DNA from: Candidatus Kapaibacterium sp.
GTDB taxonomy: Bacteria > Bacteroidota > Ignavibacteria > Kapaibacteriales > NICIL-2
Direction: 5' to 3'
DNA: 64,000 nt
Assembly (NCBI GenBank): GCA_026003475.1
Contig: BPHJ01000001.1
Coordinates: 256,545-320,544, forward strand
Below, in pieces: positions 9,383 to 19,200 of this stretch; the first letter of the stretch is position 1, and each line of letters begins with the position of its first letter. A model generated the notes under the pieces. That model was not told the DNA's origin. It did not search any database and was given only the letters and a program-made list of their open reading frames with translations. A program made the position numbers and the translations under genes.

Positions 9383-12300
9383 ATGAAGCGGTTGGTCCTG
9401 GTTTGTTTGCTGGTCTTGAGTGTGACCAGCGTGTTTGCGCAGATTCCGCGCGTGTTGTCGTACCAAGGGATATTGACTGATCCCGATGGGCGCATTCTGC
9501 CGGACGGGGAGTACACCCTAACGGTTCGACTCTACGATCGAGTGGATGCTACCGAGCCGATCTACGTGGAGGAGCATCGAGCCGTTGCGGTTCGAGGAGT
9601 CGTCAATCTGTTGATCGGGACGGTGGAGCCACTTCCGTGGAAGCTTTCCTTCGATCGGGTGTACTACGTGGGTCTGAGCATCAACGGTGGTGAGGAGCTT
9701 CGCCCGCGGACGATGCTGACAGCAGTGCCGTATGCGTTGCGCTCGGAGAGCGCGGCGGTGGCAGATGTGGCGAAGGGCTTGACGCCTGATGCCCTCAAAG
9801 GGGTCACTGTGCAGGCCACTCCAAGCGGTCCAGCCGGCGGTGACTTGATGGGGACCTATCCGAACCCCTACATTGGCAACAGCAAGGTGACTACACTCAA
9901 GATTGCCAGTTCTGCGGTGACGACCGACAAGTTAGCGCCTGGGGCCGTGACCGCGCCGAAACTCAACCAGATGGGAGCAGCTACTGGCGAATATCTTCGG
10001 TGGAATGGATCGCAGTGGGACCCTTCGCCGGTATCAACCGATGCATGGGCGTTGACGGGGAATACTATTAGCGGTACGCATTTTTTGGGCACCACGAATG
10101 CGCAGCCACTGGTGATACGGACCAGCAACACCGAACGGCTGCGGATTACCAGCAGTGGGAACGTTGGGATTGGCACCACCAGCCCATCGAATCTTCTGCA
10201 CATCGTGGGCTCGAGTGATCCTGTTCGAGTTCAGGGATTGAGTACCGATAACACGATCGATAATATCCTGGTTGTGGATGCCAATGGTGTGATGAAAATC
10301 CGCACCGCAACCAGTTTGTCTGGCTCGCTCGGCTGGAGCTTGACCGGGAATGGAAGCACAAATCCAGCAACTAATTTCCTTGGCACAACCGATGCAGTCG
10401 ACCTAGTCGTTCGCACCAACAACACAGAACGGCTTCGCGTTTCCAGCAGTGGGTTTGTCGGGATTGGAACATCCTCGCCAAGTGCTACCCTTGATGTCAA
10501 TGGCAGTGCACGGATGACCGGAAACCTCAGCGTCAACGGCGATGCAACGCTTGGGACATCGTCGAGCAATCAGCTTACAGTCAATGCACAAGTTGCGTCG
10601 GACCTGATTCCCACTACAACAAATACCTACGATCTTGGCATTACAAGCCTTCGTTGGCGGAATGGGTGGTTCGCAGGTACGGTAACAGCCGGCGGATTGA
10701 CACTCGACGGCTTTACCTCGGGATCTGTCCTGTTCGTTGGCAGTGGTGGTGCCCTGAGCGAAAACAATGCGACCTTTTTCTGGGATGATGTCAACATGCG
10801 GCTTGGGATTGGGACGAACGCACCGACGGCAAGGTTACACGTTGCAGGTACCGGCCGATTCGACGGGCAACTGACAGTAACTACGGGAGGGGCAGCAATC
10901 ACGGGCAATAGCACGGTGACGGGGACACTGGGTGTCAGCAGTGATGTCGGTGTCGGAGGAAATTTGACCGTGCAAGGTAACACTACACTTGGCGATGCCT
11001 CAAGCGACAACGTGACATTTACAGCCCGTGTGAATTCGAACATTCATCCTTCTGCTGATGCGAGCTACGATCTTGGCAGCAGCACTTTGCGGTGGAGGAA
11101 TGGTTGGTTCAGCGGGACGGTGACAGGGCAGAATGCGACGGTGACGAGTTTGACGCCTGGCTCAGTGGTGTTTGCTGGTACTGGAGGAGCATTGAGCCAG
11201 AACAATGCAAACTTTTTCTGGGACAACACCAACACGCGGCTTGGGATTGGGACGAACGCGCCGAGCCATCGGTTGCATGTGCATGCTCCGAGCTACAACG
11301 CAATCAATGTTACTAGTGCCGATAACACAGGTGCTGGTATTCGTTTCGATGCCAGCGGTAGTAGTGGGGGGCAGACATTTACCGTCTTATCAACAGGAAC
11401 AGGTGCTGGCGCAGGTGCTGGTAAACTCGGTTTTTTTGATGAAACAGGTAGCTTGTACAGAATGGTCATCGAGGGTACTACCGGCCACGTCGGCATCGGT
11501 ACAACAGCACCAAGCCAGCGATTGCACGTAGACGGCGGGCAGATTGCTGTAACGGGGAGCAGCGCTCCACCAGGCCCAGGTCCAGGACTCCAGCTTGGAA
11601 GCATCAATGGCAGTTATCGTTGGATCCAAAGCTATGATAACCAGCCACTGGCAATCAATCCACTCGGCAATAACGTCGGCATCGGTACGACCACCCCATC
11701 TACCGCGCTCCATGTTGCCCAAGACAATGCAACACCAGGAGGTGGTCAGCTCACCGTTTCTGGGAAGACTAACCAGAACAAACAAATCATTGTTGGGTTC
11801 AATACGACTGGTGACTACGGTCAAATTCAAGCAGTTGAACAAAGCGTCGCAACACGTCCTCTGGCGCTCAATCCTGTTGGGGGGAATGTTGGCATTGGTT
11901 TGACAGCACCCTCAGAGATGCTCCACGTTGCTGGGAATACCCGCGTGGATGGAAATTTGAGTGTGCTTGGCAATACCCAACTTGGCGATGCCACGAGCGA
12001 CAACGTGACATTTACAGCCCGTGTGAATTCGAACATTGATCCTGCTACCGATGCGAGCTACGATCTTGGCAGCAGCAGTTTGCGGTGGAAGGATGGCTGG
12101 TTCAGCGGGACGGTCACCTCGCAGAATGCCACGGTAACGAGTCTCTCGCCGGGGTCGGTGGTGTTTGCGGGCACCGGCGGGGCGTTGAGCCAGAACAATG
12201 CGAACTTTTTCTGGGACAACACCAACACACGGCTTGGGATTGGGACGAACGCACCGACGGCTGCGCTCGACCTTCGATTGGAGAACAACGAGCGCGGATT

Positions 12301-15300
12301 AGTCATTCGTGGTGGTGCCGCGCCAGCAGATAACTTCTTCCGAATTGAAGAAAACAGTGGGCAGTATCGGTGGCGCATTGATCAGAACTATGATCTCTTT
12401 GTGACTGATGGCACTGGGAATGATCTTGCTGTGTGGCGGAACAATGGCTACATCGGCATTGGAACGACTAGCCCAGCAGTACAACTTCACCTTAACGATG
12501 CGGGGAGTAATCCGGTCTCTTTGCGCTTGACAAATGTTACCGCTGCATCCGGCTTCGATGTTGGTATTACAACGTCGGGTACAGCTGAACTCCGTCACCA
12601 AGACGATTTCCCGGTTGAGGTGTATGTCAACAATACGCGAGCACTGCGTATCGAGCCAACAAGCGGTACTGCAAATCAGGTCCCGAACATTATTGGGGGA
12701 GATGCTGGTAATGCTGTTGGATCTGGCAACGAAGGTTCTGTCATTGGCGGTGGGCGCGGGCATAGTATTGATGCAGACAATTCTGTCATTGCCAGTGGAC
12801 TCAATCACGCTATCTCTGGTCCAAGCTCAGGGATCGTAGCTGGTGTTGCAAATTCGATTGAAAGTGAAAGTGCATTCATTGGTGCCGGAGCAGAAAATAT
12901 GATCGCGAACACCGCTGATTTTTCTGCAGTTGTCGCCGGGTCTCAAAATGGTGTGAGTGGATCGTATGCGTTCATCGGTTCTGGTTCCTTGAATAGTGCA
13001 TCTGGTGCCTATTCCGGTATCCTGGCAGGTGCCGAGAACGGTGTCAGTGGAGATGCTGCAATGGCAATTGGAATGGGCTTGTCTGCGAATTCCTACCGCG
13101 AAGTTGTGGTCGGATCGTACAATACCAACTATTCTGCGTTGAGCGAGACAACATGGAATGCTTCGGACCGACTTTTCGTTGTCGGAAATGGACAGAACAG
13201 CGGAACGCGTTCAGATGCTCTTATCATTTGGAAAAGTGGTAATGCACAGTTCTATTACGATGTCATGCTTGGCGATGCCTCAAGCGACAACGTTACGTTC
13301 GCTGCGCGGGTGAATTCGAACATTGATCCTGCTACCGATGCGAGCTACGATCTTGGCAGCAGCAGTTTGCGGTGGAAGGATGGTTGGTTCAGTGGGACGG
13401 TCACCTCGCAGAATGCAACGGTAACGAGTCTCTCGCCGGGGTCGGTGGTGTTTGCGGGCACCGGCGGAGCATTGAGCCAGAACAATGCAAACTTGTTCTG
13501 GGATGATGTAAACACGCGGCTTGGGATTGGAACGAACACACCCTCAACGACGCTGCATGTCGCTGGTGTGGCAACAATCACAAGCGATGCCTCGGTTGGT
13601 GGGAATTTGAGTGTTACTGGGAGCGCAACTATTGGTACCGGTTTGACTGTCTCCAACGGGGGTGCCACGATTACCGGAAATACCAGCACGACAGGGGATC
13701 TGTCTGCCGGTGGTAACTTGACGATCAATGGTAACGCCACGCTCGGTGATGCAGGAGGCGATCAGGTTACCATTAATGCTGCAACAGTCTCGGTACCCAA
13801 TATCCCAAGCAGTTCGACGGCAACCGACTTGGTCGTGTGGAATGCCAATAACCTTGAGCGTCGTGCGGCCAGTGGTTTGATTTCTACCTACGCGTGGATG
13901 CTTGGCGGTAATGCGATTACCAATCCAGCGACGGAGTGGATCGGCACAAGTTCGGCGCAACCATTCGTAGTCCGTGCAGGTGGTACGCAGACGCTTCAAT
14001 TCAACACCAACGGCAGCATCCAGCGAGACAATGGTGGCAATACACGCGGCACAAATGCGATTGATCTCCAAATCAGCCGGAGTAGTGCAAGTCAAGTTGC
14101 CAGCGGAAGTGCCGCAGTCATCGTTGGCGGGACTAATAACACAGCAAGCGGTGTGCAGAGCTTTGTCGGTGCAGGCGATAACAACACCGCTTCGCAGCAG
14201 TATGCAGCGGTAGTTGCTGGGATAAGCAATAGTGCAAGTGGTGCGCAGAGCTTCGTCGGTGGCGGGCAGAGCAATCAAGCAAACGGCAGCTACAGCACTG
14301 TCGCCGGTGGGCAAGGCAATGTCGCGCAAGGACAGTATTCGGCTATCCCTGGCGGGTTCAACATGAAGGTGGGTGACCGCAGCTTTGGCTTCAGTGGGCA
14401 GACGTCCGGGACAACGACCGATTTGAGCGGCTCCAGTCAGATTGCTGCCTTTGTGGATGTTGACCTGTGGCTCTACAACGTGCGCAACCAGGCATCGCAA
14501 TTGCGGCTCTACGAGCCCTCGGGTTCTGGGATCAACTACACTGCATTCCAAGCGCAGGCGCAAAGCGCTGATATCGTCTATACTCTTCCGGCAAGTATTC
14601 CCGCTGGTGGAGGGCTCTTGCAGACGGATGCTTCGGGGAATTTGAGCTGGATTAGCAGCACAGGCACCTTCTGGTCCTTGACGGGCAACGCTGCAACAAA
14701 TCCGGCAACGCAGTTCCTCGGCACAAGCGATGCGCAGCCGCTTGTAGTTCGCACCAATAACCTTGAGCGCATGCGTGTGACCAGCAGTGGCATTGTGCAA
14801 ATCCAAAATCAGGCCAGCGGCACCCCAACGACTCAGTTCCATGTTCTTGGCGGTAACAATGGTGCGGGGGCTACGGAGGTTGTCGTGCAAGCGGGACAAA
14901 ATCAGCTGAATACGAATCTCATTGAGTGGCGTGACCAGTATGGGACCCCACTCGGTGCAATCGATCCCAGTGGCTTTGTCGGGATAGGCATTAGTACATC
15001 GCTTGGGGCGGCACTGCACGTCATGAGCAATGGAGCACAGCCGGCAGCATTGTTCGAAAACGGTACCGTTCAGGTCGGCACCACTGGAACACCGATGAAT
15101 GCGATAATGCACGGGACGATTACTGTTGATCCTCCCTCGATCGGTGCAAATTCCTCGGCGACTGTGAGTGTTACAATTACTGGAGTCGAACCTGGCGATC
15201 GCATATTTCTGACTCCACCAGATACGTTCGAAGATGATCTGATTTTCCAAGGTGCTGCAGTCACAGCGTCTGATACTGTTACAATTAAGATCCGCAACAT

Positions 15301-15361
15301 ACTTGGCATTTCAGTTGATGGAAATGCACTCGATTGGAACTACCTTGTCATCAAACCATAA
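9383..15361 (+). CDS. Giant (approx. 1990 aa) secreted phage-tail-fibre-like / beta-roll surface fibre protein; no recognisable T9SS CTD and no S74 domain
   Basis: Signal peptide MKRLVLVCLLVLSVTSVFAQ. At least eight occurrences of the motif (N/F/H)VGIGT(T/S)xPSxxLH(V/I). YadA-head/Hep_Hag-like 14-residue Gly/Ser/Asn repeats (e.g. SFVGAGDNNTASQQ / YAAVVAGISNSASGAQ / SFVGGGQSNQANGSY). Three near-identical ~93-aa internal modules. The N-terminal part, …PSGPAGGDLMGTYPNPYIGNSKVTTLKIASSAVTTDKLAPGAVT, is homologous to the repeat unit of the downstream 1247-aa fibre protein. Confidence 0.7.
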   Translation: MKRLVLVCLLVLSVTSVFAQIPRVLSYQGILTDPDGRILPDGEYTLTVRLYDRVDATEPIYVEEHRAVAVRGVVNLLIGTVEPLPWKLSFDRVYYVGLSINGGEELRPRTMLTAVPYALRSESAAVADVAKGLTPDALKGVTVQATPSGPAGGDLMGTYPNPYIGNSKVTTLKIASSAVTTDKLAPGAVTAPKLNQMGAATGEYLRWNGSQWDPSPVSTDAWALTGNTISGTHFLGTTNAQPLVIRTSNTERLRITSSGNVGIGTTSPSNLLHIVGSSDPVRVQGLSTDNTIDNILVVDANGVMKIRTATSLSGSLGWSLTGNGSTNPATNFLGTTDAVDLVVRTNNTERLRVSSSGFVGIGTSSPSATLDVNGSARMTGNLSVNGDATLGTSSSNQLTVNAQVASDLIPTTTNTYDLGITSLRWRNGWFAGTVTAGGLTLDGFTSGSVLFVGSGGALSENNATFFWDDVNMRLGIGTNAPTARLHVAGTGRFDGQLTVTTGGAAITGNSTVTGTLGVSSDVGVGGNLTVQGNTTLGDASSDNVTFTARVNSNIHPSADASYDLGSSTLRWRNGWFSGTVTGQNATVTSLTPGSVVFAGTGGALSQNNANFFWDNTNTRLGIGTNAPSHRLHVHAPSYNAINVTSADNTGAGIRFDASGSSGGQTFTVLSTGTGAGAGAGKLGFFDETGSLYRMVIEGTTGHVGIGTTAPSQRLHVDGGQIAVTGSSAPPGPGPGLQLGSINGSYRWIQSYDNQPLAINPLGNNVGIGTTTPSTALHVAQDNATPGGGQLTVSGKTNQNKQIIVGFNTTGDYGQIQAVEQSVATRPLALNPVGGNVGIGLTAPSEMLHVAGNTRVDGNLSVLGNTQLGDATSDNVTFTARVNSNIDPATDASYDLGSSSLRWKDGWFSGTVTSQNATVTSLSPGSVVFAGTGGALSQNNANFFWDNTNTRLGIGTNAPTAALDLRLENNERGLVIRGGAAPADNFFRIEENSGQYRWRIDQNYDLFVTDGTGNDLAVWRNNGYIGIGTTSPAVQLHLNDAGSNPVSLRLTNVTAASGFDVGITTSGTAELRHQDDFPVEVYVNNTRALRIEPTSGTANQVPNIIGGDAGNAVGSGNEGSVIGGGRGHSIDADNSVIASGLNHAISGPSSGIVAGVANSIESESAFIGAGAENMIANTADFSAVVAGSQNGVSGSYAFIGSGSLNSASGAYSGILAGAENGVSGDAAMAIGMGLSANSYREVVVGSYNTNYSALSETTWNASDRLFVVGNGQNSGTRSDALIIWKSGNAQFYYDVMLGDASSDNVTFAARVNSNIDPATDASYDLGSSSLRWKDGWFSGTVTSQNATVTSLSPGSVVFAGTGGALSQNNANLFWDDVNTRLGIGTNTPSTTLHVAGVATITSDASVGGNLSVTGSATIGTGLTVSNGGATITGNTSTTGDLSAGGNLTINGNATLGDAGGDQVTINAATVSVPNIPSSSTATDLVVWNANNLERRAASGLISTYAWMLGGNAITNPATEWIGTSSAQPFVVRAGGTQTLQFNTNGSIQRDNGGNTRGTNAIDLQISRSSASQVASGSAAVIVGGTNNTASGVQSFVGAGDNNTASQQYAAVVAGISNSASGAQSFVGGGQSNQANGSYSTVAGGQGNVAQGQYSAIPGGFNMKVGDRSFGFSGQTSGTTTDLSGSSQIAAFVDVDLWLYNVRNQASQLRLYEPSGSGINYTAFQAQAQSADIVYTLPASIPAGGGLLQTDASGNLSWISSTGTFWSLTGNAATNPATQFLGTSDAQPLVVRTNNLERMRVTSSGIVQIQNQASGTPTTQFHVLGGNNGAGATEVVVQAGQNQLNTNLIEWRDQYGTPLGAIDPSGFVGIGISTSLGAALHVMSNGAQPAALFENGTVQVGTTGTPMNAIMHGTITVDPPSIGANSSATVSVTITGVEPGDRIFLTPPDTFEDDLIFQGAAVTASDTVTIKIRNILGISVDGNALDWNYLVIKP
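10988..11268 (+). repeat. Intragenic dispersed repeat module, copy 1 (~280 bp; encodes LGDASSDNVTFTARVNSNI…RLGIGTNAPS)
   Basis: Direct nucleotide comparison with copies at 11981 and 13268. Roughly 88–95% identity by eye. Confidence 0.8.
11981..12260 (+). repeat. Intragenic dispersed repeat module, copy 2
   Basis: Encodes LGDATSDNVTFTARVNSNIDPATDASYDLGSSSLRWKDGWFSGTVTSQNATVTSLSPGSVVFAGTGGALSQNNANFFWDNTNTRLGIGTNAPT. The central ~200 nt are nearly identical to copy 3. Confidence 0.8.
13268..13548 (+). repeat. Intragenic dispersed repeat module, copy 3
   Basis: Encodes LGDASSDNVTFAARVNSNIDPATDASYDLGSSSLRWKDGWFSGTVTSQNATVTSLSPGSVVFAGTGGALSQNNANLFWDDVNTRLGIGTNTPS. Confidence 0.8.
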
Positions 15362-15405
15362 GCGATGTCGCTATGGGCAGCGATCGCTCAATGTCATCTG
15401 GTGGG

Positions 15406-16110
15406 ATGAGGCGATGGATACAGATTCTCGGCTTGGCCTTAGTGCTCGTTGCGAGTGCAGTAGGACAGGATCGCGTTCCTAATGGCTGGTGGCAACAAGA
15501 GGACTCCCGTACTCGAACGGGAGTCCAGCCACTTGGCTATGGCCTGGAAACAATCCTCCAGCTTTCTCCCAAGCAGTTCGAGGAACTTCTCTGCGATGGC
15601 AGGCGCATCCCGAACATCGGTCTGATGGCGCAGGAGGTGTTTCCCCTTGTTCCTGAAGCAGTCCGCCCACCATCAAAACAATGCCAACACTGGGCAATAG
15701 ATTACTCACGGCTCGTGCCGATTCTCATCGCTGCAATCCAACAGCAACAGCAGCAAATTGCGCAGCTCCGCCAAACTGTCGAACAGTTGCAGGCGATGGT
15801 ACAAGTGCCCACCGCAGGGACAAGCTCCCAGCATGTCCGCCTTGATGGCAATTGGCTGGGTGATAACATCCCTAATCCACACGATGGAACAACGGTGATT
15901 CCGTACTACGTGCCTGCGGGCGTTGGGCGTGCCCAGCTCGAAGTCAGCGATGCAACGGGACGGACCGTTCGCACCGTCGAGCTGGTGGCGCGCGAGCAAT
16001 GGGCTCAAGTGACACTCGATATGAGCTTGCTCAGTTCGGGCACGTATGAGTACCGCTTGCTCTTCGATGGACGTGTTGTTGCCACCAAACAGATGCAATT
16101 GGTCAAGTGA
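15406..16110 (+). CDS. Stand-alone secreted Peptidase-S74-like (phage-fibre intramolecular chaperone) domain protein with Gln-rich coiled coil and T9SS C-terminal sorting domain
   Basis: Signal peptide MRRWIQILGLALVLVASAVGQ; the ORF is also open from 15334. The S74-like segment RRIPNIGLMAQEVFPLVPEAV…IDYSRLVPILIAAIQQQQQQIAQLRQ is homologous to the C-terminal region of the 16280..20023 protein. C-terminal NIPNPHDGTTVIPYYVPAGVGRAQLEVSDATGRTVRTVELV…SGTYEYRLLFDGRVVATKQMQLVK is a type-A CTD. Confidence 0.6.
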   Translation: MRRWIQILGLALVLVASAVGQDRVPNGWWQQEDSRTRTGVQPLGYGLETILQLSPKQFEELLCDGRRIPNIGLMAQEVFPLVPEAVRPPSKQCQHWAIDYSRLVPILIAAIQQQQQQIAQLRQTVEQLQAMVQVPTAGTSSQHVRLDGNWLGDNIPNPHDGTTVIPYYVPAGVGRAQLEVSDATGRTVRTVELVAREQWAQVTLDMSLLSSGTYEYRLLFDGRVVATKQMQLVK

Positions 16111-16279
16111 TGCGGATGCAGAGTGGTGTGTGTGCCCTACAAAAGAGAAGGTGGCGTTCGACAAGTCTGTAGCAAGGCAATAAGTTACGCAAAGCACGAA
16201 TATTTTGGCACGGTTATTTCTTCTGATGTGAAGCAGCCACACTCGTGGTTAGTATGTTTCACATCTCAACCGTGCAGCG

Positions 16280-19200
16280 ATGAAACATGTGTCGTTTTTC
16301 TGTGCAGCCGTTCTTGGGGTTATCTTCACCGTTACGACCCCATCTTCCGCGCAGGTGGGCAGCCTGATCAACTACGGCGCTATCATCAAAGATTCTCTGC
16401 GCCTGGAAAATGCGGCTTCTTTTGTTCGCCTTCCATCGGACGGGTCACTCCGCTGGGGTGAGGACATGGTTGGAATGCTGGTAAGCGCTGGCTTGACAGT
16501 TTCTCGTACATGGACACTACCCGACGAAAGCGGTATCATCCTAACATCGGCGAGAACGTTCAGCGGCGACGTCAGTGGTGTGTACAACAACTTGCAGCTT
16601 GGCAGTGGCGTGGTCGGTACGGCCGAGCTTGCCGATGGTGCGGTGACGGATGCGAAGGTGAACGACGTTTCGTGGACGAAGATCACGGGAGCGCCGACGA
16701 GTTTTCCGCCGAGTGGGAGTGCTGGTGGTGATTTGACGGGGACGTATCCGAACCCGACGATAGCCAACGATGCGGTGACCAGTGCGAAGATTGCCGACGG
16801 GACGATCACCGATGCTGACATCAGCAGCAGTGCGGCGATAGCGGTTAGCAAGCTGGCACCGGGCAGCAATGGGCAAGTGTTGACGACGGTTGGTGGAGTG
16901 CCGACGTGGTCGAGTGTGAGCATCACGGAGACTGATCCGGTGTGGACGGCAGCGGAGCCCAGCTATGGGAACTTGACGCAGAACGATACGGTTTCGGGAA
17001 CGTGGACGTTTAGCAACGCAATCAACGGCAGCATCACAGGTAATGCGGCGACAGCGACGGCGTTGCAGACAGCGCGCAACTTTTCGCTATCGGGCGATGT
17101 GACGGCGCCGGCGGTGTCGTTTGATGGGACGGGGAACGTGACGTTGACGACGACGCTTGCCGATGGTTCAGTGAGCACGGCCAAGCTTGCCGATGGTGCG
17201 GTGACGGATGCGAAGGTGAACGACGTTTCGTGGACGAAGATCACGGGAGCGCCGACGAGTTTTCCGCCGAGTGGGAGTGCTGGTGGTGATTTGACGGGGA
17301 CGTATCCGAACCCGACGATAGCCAACGATGCGGTGACGAGTGCGAAGATTGCCGACGGGACGATCACCGATGCTGACATCAGCAGCAGTGCAGCGATAGC
17401 GGTCAGCAAGCTGGCGGCGGGCAGTGATGGGCAAGTGTTGACGACAGTGGGAGGAGTGCCGACGTGGTCGAGCGTGAGCATCACGGAGACTGATCCGGTG
17501 TGGACGGCGGCGGAGCCGAGTTATGGTAACTTGACGCAGAACGAGACGGTTTCGGGAACGTGGACGTTTAGCAACGCAATCAACGGCAGCATCACAGGTA
17601 ATGCGGCGACAGCGACGGCGTTGCAGACAGCGCGCAACTTTTCGCTATCGGGCGATGTGACGGCGCCGGCGGTGTCGTTTGATGGGACGGGGAACGTGAC
17701 GTTGACGACGACGCTTGCCGATGGTTCAGTGAGCACGGCCAAGCTTGCCGATGGTGCGGTGACGGATGCGAAGGTGAGCGATGTATCGTGGACGAAGATC
17801 ACGGGAGCGCCGACGAGTTTTCCGCCGAGTGGGAGTGCTGGTGGTGATTTGACGGGGACGTATCCGAACCCGACGATAGCCAACGATGCGGTGACGAGTG
17901 CGAAGATTGCCGACGGGACGATCACCGATGCTGACATCAGCAGCAGTGCAGCGATAGCAGTTAGCAAGCTGGCACCGGGCAGCAATGGGCAAGTGTTGAC
18001 GACAGTGGGAGGAGTGCCGACGTGGTCGAGCGTGAGCATCACGGAGACTGATCCGGTGTGGACGGCAGCGGAGCCCAGCTATGGGAACTTGACGCAGAAC
18101 GATACGGTTTCGGGAACGTGGACGTTTAGCAACGCAATCAACGGCAGCATCACAGGTAATGCGGCGACGGCGACGGCATTGCAGACAGCGCGCAACTTTT
18201 CGCTATCGGGCGATGTGACGTCGCCGGCGGTGTCGTTTGATGGGACGGGGAACGTGACGTTGACGACGACGCTTGCCAATGGTTCAGTGAGCACGGCCAA
18301 GCTTGCCGATGGTGCGGTGACGGATGCGAAGGTGAGCGATGTTTCGTGGACGAAGATCACGGGAGCGCCGACGAGTTTTCCGCCGAGTGGGAGTGCTGGT
18401 GGTGATTTGACGGGGACGTATCCGAACCCGACGATTGCCAACGATGCGGTGACGAGTGCGAAGATTGCCGACGGGACGATCACCGATGCTGACATCAGCA
18501 GCAGTGCAGCGATAGCGGTTAGCAAGCTGGCACCGGGCAGCAATGGGCAAGTGTTGACGACGGTGGGAGGAGTGCCGACGTGGTCGAGCGTGAGCATCAC
18601 GGAGACTGATCCGGTGTGGACGGCGGCGGAGCCGAGTTATGGTAACTTGACGCAGAACGAGACGGTTTCGGGAACGTGGACGTTTAGCAACGCAATCAAC
18701 GGCAGCATCACAGGTAATGCGGCGACAGCGACGGCGTTGCAGACAGCGCGCAACTTTTCGCTATCGGGCGATGTGACGGCGCCGGCGGTGTCGTTTGATG
18801 GGACGGGGAACGTGACGTTGACGACGACGCTTGCCAATGGTTCAGTGAGCACGGCCAAGCTTGCCGACGGTGCGGTGACGGATGCGAAGGTGAGCGATGT
18901 ATCGTGGGGGAAGATCACGGGAGCGCCGACGAGTTTTCCGCCGAGTGGGAGTGCTGGTGGTGATTTGACGGGGACGTATCCGAACCCGACGATAGCCAAC
19001 GATGCGGTGACCAGTGCGAAGATTGCCGATGGGACGATCACCGATGCTGACATCAGCAGCAGTGCGGCGATCGCGGTCAGCAAGCTTGCGGCGGGCAGTG
19101 ATGGGCAAATTCTCGTCACAAGTAGCGGTTCACCGCAATGGGCAAATGCAAGCACGCTCAGCGGTAGTTTCTGGGCACTCGGGGGCAATAGTGCTACTGC

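Noticed and set aside
13544-15250. 568-aa antisense ORF inside the giant fibre gene
   Set aside because: Arg/Cys-rich translation with no motifs. It lies entirely antisense to a strongly supported + strand CDS. Typical high-GC spurious ORF.
16627-19095. Considered whether the regular 558-bp periodicity could be a CRISPR or other non-coding array
   Set aside because: Repeat unit is far too long, has no spacer/repeat alternation, and maintains one open reading frame whose translation is a coherent repeated protein domain.
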